Source: Enterocloster sp.
GTDB taxonomy: Bacteria; Bacillota; Clostridia; Lachnospirales; Lachnospiraceae
DNA: 33,529 nt
Direction of reading: 5' to 3'
Assembly (NCBI GenBank): GCA_050872205.1
Contig: JBNMGK010000001.1
Location: 1-33,529, forward strand
Both the position numbers and the translations under genes were made by a program. Below the pieces are notes generated by a model. The model searched no databases. It worked only from the letters and a program-made list of their open reading frames with translations, and was not told where the DNA came from. This document shows, piece by piece, positions 21,317 through 29,008 of the stretch (positions within the stretch are counted from its first letter, which is position 1; every line of letters starts with the position of its first letter).

Positions 21317-22390
21317 ATGAAACCAAGAGAACGTGTTCTGGCGGCTTTGAATGGGGATGAATTTGATGTTTTTCCGGCTGTGAGCCTTACTGCGGTAGCT
21401 ACAGTGGAAGCCATGCAGCGGGCCAATGCCTTTTATCCGGAAGCCCATACAGACGGAGCGAAGATTGCAGCACTGGCAGATATTGGCTTTAGCCATATGA
21501 ATTTTGATACGGTTTCTCCCTATTTTTCTATTTTACTTGAGGCAGGCGCTCTTGGTTCCCAGATCGACTGGGGAGATAAACTGCGTTTCCCGTATGTGAA
21601 AAAATATGCGTTTGAACGGTCTGAAGATATTGTTATTCCACGGGATTATATGTCAAAAAAAGAGATACAGCAGCTTTTGCGAAGCATCCGTATTCTGAAA
21701 AAGCGTCATGGGGATCATGTTGCCATTGTGGGAAAGGTAATGGGACCATGGACATTGGCATATCATCTGTACGGGGTGGAAAATCTGGTCCTGGATACGA
21801 TACTGGAGCCGGAAAGAACAAAAGAACTTATATGGAATCTTAGTGATGTGACAAGGCAGTTTGCCATTGCCCAGTTTGAAGCAGGCGCGGATATCATTAC
21901 CTGGGCAGAACACGTTACAAGGGATCTGGTCAGCCCGTCTATTTACAGGGATTTTGTTTTGCCAGTCCATAAGAAGGTGGTACAGGAATTAAAAACCATA
22001 GGGCCGGTGGCGCTGCATGTATGTGGCAATGTGGAAGACCGCATCGACCTTTTTGAACAGGCCGGTTTTTCCTGCTTTCATCTGGATTCCAGAAATGACC
22101 TTCAGCTGTGCAGGAAGAACTGCCATGATGATCTTCTTATTGCCGGTGGTATTAATAATCCTATTACATTAATGCGTGGGAAAAAGAGCCAGATCGAAAA
22201 GGATGTGGAGAAAAACATCCAGCAGGGCGCACGCATGATCGGCCCGGAATGCATGATCCAGCCCATTATCCCTGTAAAAACGCTGCGTTATCTTACAGAT
22301 GTGATCCACCGTCAGAAATACAGGCCAAAACCTCAGATCATACAGTCTCCGGATCCTGGATCCGCTTTATATAAAGAGCCAGCATTTTGA
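21317..22390 (+). CDS. MtaA/CmuA-type (uroporphyrinogen decarboxylase superfamily) corrinoid-dependent methyltransferase
   Basis: MKPRERVLAAL start, EAGALGSQIDWG, VGKVMGPWTLA, AQFEAGAD, Zn motif LHVCG and C-terminal GPEC. Start is 21317 or 21305. Confidence 0.8.
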   Translation: MKPRERVLAALNGDEFDVFPAVSLTAVATVEAMQRANAFYPEAHTDGAKIAALADIGFSHMNFDTVSPYFSILLEAGALGSQIDWGDKLRFPYVKKYAFERSEDIVIPRDYMSKKEIQQLLRSIRILKKRHGDHVAIVGKVMGPWTLAYHLYGVENLVLDTILEPERTKELIWNLSDVTRQFAIAQFEAGADIITWAEHVTRDLVSPSIYRDFVLPVHKKVVQELKTIGPVALHVCGNVEDRIDLFEQAGFSCFHLDSRNDLQLCRKNCHDDLLIAGGINNPITLMRGKKSQIEKDVEKNIQQGARMIGPECMIQPIIPVKTLRYLTDVIHRQKYRPKPQIIQSPDPGSALYKEPAF

Positions 22391-23537
22391 TCAGGAAGGA
22401 ATCCTGAAAGCGGAGCAGAGGATTTAAACCTGTCAACTCTGTAAAACGCTGCAGACGGCTTTTGATGGTATTGCGGTGGATGCCGGTAGTCTGGGAGGCA
22501 ATAGTCAGGCTGAGACAGTTATCTACAAAAGCCTCTGCGTTTGTGATCAGTTCCGCCATAAGGCTTCCGTCAGGAGCGGTAAGCTTTTCCACTGCAGGGA
22601 TCAGGTATTTATTTTCGATCTGGATGGGCAGGTGGAGAGAAACGGACTCTAACAGCAGGGAATCCAGATTGTAAAAATCCTGTTTTCCATAAAGCCGGCC
22701 CAGCTTTAACATTTCAGAAGCTTCATTCCAGCTGTTTCGGATTTCGTTGATCTGATTATAGAAGTTGCCATAGGCAATAAAGAAGCTTAATCCCTGATAT
22801 TGCTTTAAGATCTGTTCAAAGTCTTTGCATACCTCGTCAATGGCAAAATACAGCCGTGAAATGTCTTTGGAGCCGATAAAGGATTTGATGATCAGTATAG
22901 TATTGCGGTCATGGACATACAGCAGGTCCTGGGAGTTGAGAAAACGGCTGTGTCGCAGGGAGCGGGCGATCTCGGCCCGAAGGCTTTCAATGGCGGATTC
23001 AGAGCCAATATCCAGATTAATATTAAAAAATGAATTTCTGTAAAAATCCAGCCGGATCTGGATCACAGTACGGTAAAGATCCGGATTTAATTCGTGCTGG
23101 TACATAAGAGAAAGCAGCCGGTCTTTTTCCGTTTTCCCAGACAGCAAAAGGCCGGCAATCTCATCCCGCCGTTCAGAGGTGGTCTTGTCTTTCTGCTGTT
23201 TGTATTCCTGGTATTCCACAGCTGCCAACAGGGCGGCATGAATGGTATTTCCAGTGAGATTTACGGCATCTGAGCTGCCGTAGGCAACTACAACAAATTC
23301 TACTTTTTCGTTAATAATGACCGGGTTTCCGTAATGAATGGTACTGTCCGGGGCAGAGCCGCTGCGGATGGAGGCGGAATGGCGTATCGTCAGGATATAA
23401 CTGGCTGTATTTCCAACACCACCTATTCTTGAAGCATCGGTAGCGGCTAAGATTCGGGAATAAGAGTCTGCAATATAAATTTCTGTCTGTGGGTTTCTAT
23501 AACGGTCGATCAGTGAATTCAGAAAATCTATCTCCAT
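22338..23537 (-). CDS. CdaR/PucR-family transcriptional regulator
   Basis: N-terminal sugar-diacid-recognition-like segment (IYIADSYSRILAATDASRIG), GGDEF-like middle, C-terminal HTH IHRNTIKSRLQRFTELTGLNP; AAGGAG RBS. Confidence 0.88.
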   Translation of the reverse strand: MEIDFLNSLIDRYRNPQTEIYIADSYSRILAATDASRIGGVGNTASYILTIRHSASIRSGSAPDSTIHYGNPVIINEKVEFVVVAYGSSDAVNLTGNTIHAALLAAVEYQEYKQQKDKTTSERRDEIAGLLLSGKTEKDRLLSLMYQHELNPDLYRTVIQIRLDFYRNSFFNINLDIGSESAIESLRAEIARSLRHSRFLNSQDLLYVHDRNTILIIKSFIGSKDISRLYFAIDEVCKDFEQILKQYQGLSFFIAYGNFYNQINEIRNSWNEASEMLKLGRLYGKQDFYNLDSLLLESVSLHLPIQIENKYLIPAVEKLTAPDGSLMAELITNAEAFVDNCLSLTIASQTTGIHRNTIKSRLQRFTELTGLNPLLRFQDSFLIKMLALYIKRIQDPETV

Positions 23538-23779
23538 AAAATCTCCTTTATTCTAACGAGTGCAAAAAGTGTATTATAATTAATATAATTGTACTTTATA
23601 AGTGCAAAAAGCACAATTATATTTAAAAATATTTTTGAAATAAAATTATTTTCGTAAAAACATACTTTGATTTAATTAAAATATAAAAATAAACAGCTTT
23701 TTAAACATATCAACGCAATTGTTTCGGACAAGAAAGTATCTTATAATTGCCTCAGAAAACAAATAAAGGAGGAAGGTAT

Positions 23780-25117
23780 ATGTATTCAGTTGTTCTTTTA
23801 GTTGTAAGTATTGCAATGCTTATGGTATTGATCAGCAAGCTTCGTGTCCATGCGTTTTTGTCATTGCTGATCGTATCATTACTGCTTGGTGTAGTCAGTG
23901 GAATGCCTCTTGGGGAAGTGGCAACTACGGTAGCTGCCGGATTTGGCGGTACCATGCAGAGTATTGGAATCGTTATCATCTGCGGCGTTATCGTAGGTGA
24001 GATCCTGGAGTGCACCGGGGGCGCCCAGAAAATTGCGGATTCTATTTTAAATCTTGTAGGTATTAAACGTGCTCCTCTTGCAACTACCGTTACAGGAGCA
24101 GTGGTATCAATCCCTACATTCTGTGATTCCGGCTTTGTTATTTTAAATCCGGTTATCAAGGCTCTTTCCAGAAAAGGAAATATCCCTTATATGGTTTTAG
24201 TAACCTCTCTGATGTGCGGTCTGCTGACCACACACTCCCTGGTTCCTCCAACACCTGGTCCAATTGCAGTTGCCGGAATTTTAGGGGCAGATGTAGGTAA
24301 GGTAATGATCTATGGAATTATCGTAGCGATCCCGATCATCCTGGTGACTCAGTTATGGTGCAACAGCAAATTTATCAAAACACGTTATCCTGAAATTGCA
24401 GAGGCAAGTGACGAAGATATCCTTGCAAATGAAAAATTTGCAGAGATCGTAGCTCATTCACCGTCTACATTCATGAGTTATCTTCCTATTGTTGTACCGA
24501 TCATTCTCATTGTTGTCCGTTCCTTCGTTACACAGTATGACGCAGATACAGAGAGTATGGTTTACCAGATCGTTAATTTTATCGGAACTCCATACATTGC
24601 ACTGCTGATCGGAACTTTATTAAGCTTCTTACTTCCTACAAAACTGAATGGGGAAGTAACTGATACATGGGTTTCTACTGCGATCCAGAAATCTGCAGAG
24701 ATCCTGCTGATCACCGGTATTGCAGGCTGCTATGGCAAGATCCTTCAGGCTATTGGCGTTGGTGATGTACTTGCCGGTATTATTTCCAGTATGGGTATTC
24801 CAAGTGTGATCCTGCCATTTATCATTTCTGCCATCGTTTTAATGGCTCAGGGCTCTGCAACAGTAGCAATGACAACTACAGCAGGTATCATTTTACCTCT
24901 GCTTCCTGCACTTTCCATTTCACCGGAGCTTGCAACCGTTGCTATCGCAGGCGGCTCTATGTGCGGTGTTCTTCCAATGGGTTCTTATTTTTGGTGTGTG
25001 ACCAAGCTTTCTGGTTATGACATTAAAAAGGGTTATATAGCAGTTACTGCAACAACATATGTAATGGGACTTACGGCTCTTATCGCCGTGTGGGTATTGT
25101 CTTTTGTGATCCACTGA
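23780..25117 (+). CDS. GntP-family organic/sugar-acid permease
   Basis: Polytopic; HAFLSLL, GFGGTM, GGAQKIA, SIPTFCDSGFVIL, HSLVPPTPGP, QGSATVA. ATG 23780 with AAGGAGG RBS. Confidence 0.92.
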   Translation: MYSVVLLVVSIAMLMVLISKLRVHAFLSLLIVSLLLGVVSGMPLGEVATTVAAGFGGTMQSIGIVIICGVIVGEILECTGGAQKIADSILNLVGIKRAPLATTVTGAVVSIPTFCDSGFVILNPVIKALSRKGNIPYMVLVTSLMCGLLTTHSLVPPTPGPIAVAGILGADVGKVMIYGIIVAIPIILVTQLWCNSKFIKTRYPEIAEASDEDILANEKFAEIVAHSPSTFMSYLPIVVPIILIVVRSFVTQYDADTESMVYQIVNFIGTPYIALLIGTLLSFLLPTKLNGEVTDTWVSTAIQKSAEILLITGIAGCYGKILQAIGVGDVLAGIISSMGIPSVILPFIISAIVLMAQGSATVAMTTTAGIILPLLPALSISPELATVAIAGGSMCGVLPMGSYFWCVTKLSGYDIKKGYIAVTATTYVMGLTALIAVWVLSFVIH

Positions 25118-25187
25118 TAGTGGGATTTGATAATGGGAACAGCTGGTTTTTAGATCTGCGGATCTTCATGGTTGAGGGAGGTTTTTT

Positions 25188-26198
25188 ATGATCAATATTG
25201 CGGAAAAAGATGTGCTGGAAGCGTATCTGCTGTCCAGAGAACTTGTGAAAAAAAATGACGGCCACCAGATCTTTTACTGTTCAGGAGGCGTATCAGGAAC
25301 AGTAGCTTTTGTAGAACGGCCGGGAACCCCGATGATCATTAAGCAGGCATTGGGACAGTTAAAAACAAAGGATACCTGGATGTGTGATCCTAACAGAATG
25401 TATACAGAGTATGAAAGCAACAGAATCTATCACGAACTGATGCCTGACTGTGCGCCGGAAGTATATTTTTACGATGCTGATAATTATATTTACGGCAGAG
25501 AAGCAGTTCCAAACGGATGCCCTATGTGGAAGGAAAATCTGATGAGCGGGCTTTTAGATTTTCAGGTGGCTGAAAAGTCTATCCGCACACTGGTAAATAT
25601 CCATAATGCATGCAGCAGCCGTGTGGATATTAAGAAAGAGTTTGAGAGCAAGGATATTTTTTATGGCCTGCGTATTTCTCCTTATATTGAATTTACAGCT
25701 GAAAAATATCCTCAGATACAGGAGGTTGCTGTTGGGATCAGCAAAGAACTGATGGATGCCCAGATCACTCTGGTACATGGAGATTACAGCCCTAAAAATA
25801 TTATGGTAGTAGGGCGTGATATCAGCGTTTTAGACTACGAAGTGGCTCATTTTGGACATCCGGCTTTTGACCTGGCCTTCTTTTCTAACCATTTTATCTT
25901 AAAAGCAGTGAAGTTTTCTCAGTATGCAGGAGCTTATCTGGCTATGTTAGAGTATATGGTACGCCTGTATTTTGAAGAAATGAGCTTTATGGATAAGCAG
26001 GAATTTGAGTCTGCTTATGTACGGACACTGGCATTTCTGATGCTTGCAAGGATCGATGGCAAGAGCCCGGTGGAATATCTGGTGGGACAGGAAGAAAAGC
26101 AGAATATAGTCCGTGAGCTGAGCCTGAATATGATCCAGCATGGAACTGCAAAGTTTGAAGATGCACTGAAACAGATCAAAGACAGATTGGAGAAATGA
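25188..26198 (+). CDS. APH/choline-kinase superfamily phosphotransferase, methylthioribose-kinase-like
   Basis: GGVSG loop, IIKQAL lysine, catalytic HGDYSPKN, metal-binding LDYE, GHPAFDL; GGGAGG RBS. Confidence 0.85.
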   Translation: MINIAEKDVLEAYLLSRELVKKNDGHQIFYCSGGVSGTVAFVERPGTPMIIKQALGQLKTKDTWMCDPNRMYTEYESNRIYHELMPDCAPEVYFYDADNYIYGREAVPNGCPMWKENLMSGLLDFQVAEKSIRTLVNIHNACSSRVDIKKEFESKDIFYGLRISPYIEFTAEKYPQIQEVAVGISKELMDAQITLVHGDYSPKNIMVVGRDISVLDYEVAHFGHPAFDLAFFSNHFILKAVKFSQYAGAYLAMLEYMVRLYFEEMSFMDKQEFESAYVRTLAFLMLARIDGKSPVEYLVGQEEKQNIVRELSLNMIQHGTAKFEDALKQIKDRLEK

Positions 26199-26200
26199 TT

Positions 26201-27499
26201 ATGAGCGATTTTGAAATTGTAAAAGTAAAAGCGAGACAGGTCTTAGATTCCAGGGCAAATCCTACGGTTGAGGTTGATGTGACCTTAAAATGTGGTGCTG
26301 TAGGACGCGGAACGGTACCTTCCGGGGCTTCTACCGGTGTTTATGAAGTTCTGGAGCTGCGTGACGGTGGAAAGGAATATGGAGGTAAGAGCGTCCGCAA
26401 AGCGATCCACAATATTGAGACAGAGATCGTTCCAAAGCTTTTGGGAATGGATGCCACAAAACAGGCTGCAATTGACCAGATGATGATCGAACTGGATGGA
26501 ACTCCTAATAAAAGCCGTCTGGGAGCCAATGCAATCTTAGGCTGCAGTATGGCAGTAGCCCACGCGGCAGCTGCAGCAAAGGGAGAACCTCTTTTCCGTT
26601 ATCTTGGCGGTGCAAATGCAAAGGTCCTGCCTCTGCCTATGATCCAGATCATCGGTGGCGGCGCTCATGCGGTAAATTCTATTGATATCCAGGATTTCCT
26701 GGCGATCCCATTAAGCGCTAAAACCTTTGAAGCGGGAATTGAGATGATCGTAAATGTATATAATGGCACCAAAAAGGTGTTTGCCCGCCTTGGAAAGCCA
26801 TTATCCATTGCAGATGAAGGCGGATTCTGGCCTACAGATTTCACCTGCAATGAAGACGGCCTGCGGCTGCTTACAGAAGGTATTAAGGAAGCTGGTTATG
26901 TTCCGGGAGTGGATATTGGCATTGCCATGGATGTTGCAGCCAGTGAATTTTATGATAAGGACAGAAAGGTATATTGCCTGAATCTGGAAAAGAAGGAACT
27001 GACCACACCGGAATTTGTGGATCTGTTATGTGAATGGGTTGACAAATATCCTATTGTTTCTCTGGAAGACTGCTGTTCTGAGTTTGACTGGGAAGGCCAT
27101 TCTCTTGTAACAGAAAAGCTGGGAAAGAAGATCCAGATCATTGGAGATGACCTGTTTACTACCAATATTGAGCGTATTAAAACGGGTATCGAAAAGGGTG
27201 CCTGCAACTCCGTTCTGATCAAGATGAACCAGATCGGTACGATCACAGAAACTCTGGATGCTATTGAATATACAAAGAATGCCGGTTATCTGCCAGTTGT
27301 CAGTGCCCGCAGCGGCGAGACAGAGGACGCAACTATTGTTCATCTGGCAATTGCCACCAATGCAGGACAGCTGAAAGTAGGTTCCGTAGCGCGAAGCGAG
27401 AGAGCGGTTAAATGGAATGAAGGGATCCGCATGGAAGAAGAACTTGGAGATATGGGAATTTACCTGTCTGCCAGTATTTTTGATCGGATCAAAAAATAA
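26201..27499 (+). CDS. Enolase homologue with altered active site
   Basis: DSRANPTVE, VPSGASTG, LGANAILG, DEGG, MDVAASEF, GDDL, IKMNQIGT, RSGETED; but QDF for QEF and SARS for SHRS. Start 26201 fits the GGAGA RBS. Confidence 0.9.
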   Translation: MSDFEIVKVKARQVLDSRANPTVEVDVTLKCGAVGRGTVPSGASTGVYEVLELRDGGKEYGGKSVRKAIHNIETEIVPKLLGMDATKQAAIDQMMIELDGTPNKSRLGANAILGCSMAVAHAAAAAKGEPLFRYLGGANAKVLPLPMIQIIGGGAHAVNSIDIQDFLAIPLSAKTFEAGIEMIVNVYNGTKKVFARLGKPLSIADEGGFWPTDFTCNEDGLRLLTEGIKEAGYVPGVDIGIAMDVAASEFYDKDRKVYCLNLEKKELTTPEFVDLLCEWVDKYPIVSLEDCCSEFDWEGHSLVTEKLGKKIQIIGDDLFTTNIERIKTGIEKGACNSVLIKMNQIGTITETLDAIEYTKNAGYLPVVSARSGETEDATIVHLAIATNAGQLKVGSVARSERAVKWNEGIRMEEELGDMGIYLSASIFDRIKK

Positions 27500-27535
27500 G
27501 ATTTTTAATATGATAAAATGATAAAAAGTTAAGAG

Positions 27536-27578
27536 AAACATCCTGCCCGTTCGGTCATGAACGGACGGGATGTTTTTT
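27536..27578 (+). terminator. Intrinsic terminator closing the permease-kinase-enolase operon
   Basis: AAACATCC...CCGTTC/GAACGG...GGATGTTT stem plus T tract. Confidence 0.8.
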
Positions 27579-27655
27579 CTTGCCCAGATTTCCCGGGCGT
27601 ATTATAATTGTTCTGTATTTTAAAACGTTTTAAGAAAGTTAAGAAAGGTTTTGCT

Positions 27656-28588
27656 ATGGAGATCAGTTTACTTTTAATGCAGCAGATCGCAGAACTGTTT
27701 TTAATGATCCTTATGGGATATATGATCGTGAAAGCAGGGCTTTTGAAGGGGGAAGACAGCAAGGTTATTTCAAAGATCGTTCTGTATCTGATCATTCCCT
27801 GTGTTATCATCAATGCGTTCCAGGTGGATTATACCAGTGAGAAGGTACAGGGCCTTTTACTGGCCTTTGCAGCCGCTGTTATGCTGCAGGTGGTATTACT
27901 TGTCATTGTATGGACAGCGGGCCGTTTCATGGGCTTAAATGAGGTTGAGAAGGCATCTGTATATTATTCTAATGCGGGAAATCTGATCATGCCTATTGTG
28001 ACCTTTGTTCTGGGGCAGGAATGGGTGCTGTATGGCTGCGTGTTTATGAGCGTACAGCTGATATTTGTGTGGAGTCATGGAAAAAGCGTATTAAGCAGGG
28101 AAAAGGGCATTGACTGGAGAAAGATAATTTTTAATATTAATATGATCGCTGTATTTGTGGGAGTGGTGCTGTTTTTTACAAAGATCCGCCTGCCCCAGAT
28201 CATAAATCAGACATTAGGCTCAGTGGGAGGTATGCTGGGGCCGGCAAGTATGATCGTAACAGGAATGCTCATTGCGGAAATGAGCTTAAAACGTATTTTT
28301 ACCAATGGAAGAGTTTATTTTATCACGTTTCTGAGGCTGATCGCCGTTCCTGTGATGGCATTGCTGCTGTTAAAGCTCAGCGGGCTTGTAAATGGAAGTC
28401 CGGATGGAAAGAAGCTTCTGCTTATTGTATTTCTGGCGGTGATTACGCCCTCTGCCTCAACTGTCACCCAGATGTGCCAGGTATATGGAAATGATTCTAA
28501 ATATGCCAGCGCCATTAATGTTATGACTACGCTGGCATCCATTATAACGATGCCGGCCATGGTGCTTCTGTTCCAGATGTGGATGTAA
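27656..28588 (+). CDS. AEC (auxin efflux carrier) family transporter
   Basis: About 10 TM helices; YSNAGNLIMPIV, FITFLRLIAVP, TPSA, TTLASIITMP. Promoter-like TTGCCC-17-TATAAT at 27580-27608. Confidence 0.88.
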   Translation: MEISLLLMQQIAELFLMILMGYMIVKAGLLKGEDSKVISKIVLYLIIPCVIINAFQVDYTSEKVQGLLLAFAAAVMLQVVLLVIVWTAGRFMGLNEVEKASVYYSNAGNLIMPIVTFVLGQEWVLYGCVFMSVQLIFVWSHGKSVLSREKGIDWRKIIFNINMIAVFVGVVLFFTKIRLPQIINQTLGSVGGMLGPASMIVTGMLIAEMSLKRIFTNGRVYFITFLRLIAVPVMALLLLKLSGLVNGSPDGKKLLLIVFLAVITPSASTVTQMCQVYGNDSKYASAINVMTTLASIITMPAMVLLFQMWM

Positions 28589-28591
28589 TGA

Positions 28592-28699
28592 GTCCAAAAG
28601 AAAAACAAGCGGCTGCGAAGCAGACATTTGTTTTTCTTGGACCATTAACGAGCGAACCGCCTGCGGTAGCAGGCAGATAAGCGTCATGCGCGGGGTTCG
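28592..28699. repeat. Two REP-like hairpin elements
   Basis: GTCCAA..AGAAAAACAA/TTGTTTTTCTTGGAC enclosing CTGC-GAA-GCAG; CGAACC..GGTTCG enclosing GCCTGC-GGTA-GCAGGC. Confidence 0.6.
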
Positions 28700-28705
28700 T
28701 GAGTA

Positions 28706-28826
28706 ACAAACGAAAAGACCAGGTACTGGGGATACCTGGTCTTTTCTGTATACATATGTGTATAAAGGGGGGATAAAATGTTTGTGTGAAAGGGGGAGGG
28801 CCCTTTCGGTTTTCTCTTGTTTACGT
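28706..28826 (-). ncRNA. Candidate C-rich small regulatory RNA (~120 nt)
   Basis: Minus-strand TATAAT at 28837-28832, hairpin with CCCUCC loop, UCCCCCC tract, terminator with UCCCC loop. Confidence 0.5.
28712..28746. terminator. Bidirectional intrinsic terminator
   Basis: Perfect 14-bp stem GAAAAGACCAGGTA/TACCTGGTCTTTTC with 7-nt loop. Confidence 0.85.
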
Positions 28827-28881
28827 TGCCTATTATATATCTGATACATTGTAAAAACCATTGTAATGTGCGTAAAGAATA

Positions 28882-28909
28882 TTGCAAATCGCACAAACTT
28901 TGATACAAT
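28882..28909 (+). promoter_or_regulatory. SigA promoter of the AraC gene
   Basis: TTGCAA-16 bp-TACAAT with TG extension. Confidence 0.6.
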
Positions 28910-29008
28910 GGATATCAGGGGCAAAAGGCCGGAAATCCGAGGCAGGCTTGCCTGCAGGCGGATTTTTGAACTTGTGACCCGGTATCATGCAATAAAAAGA
29001 GGGAGAAC

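Noticed and set aside
25188-26198. Aminoglycoside resistance kinase
   Set aside because: The fold is shared, but the metabolic operon context and MtnK-like N-lobe argue against it.
28764-28789. Plus-strand RBS-like GGGGGG followed by ATG TTT GTG TGA mini-ORF
   Set aside because: Three codons, directly after a terminator with no evident promoter; better explained as the complement of the sRNA C-rich motif.
28457-28924. 155-aa and 74-aa minus-strand ORFs
   Set aside because: They cross strong hairpins and a terminator, the longer one overlaps the AEC gene, and there is no convincing RBS.
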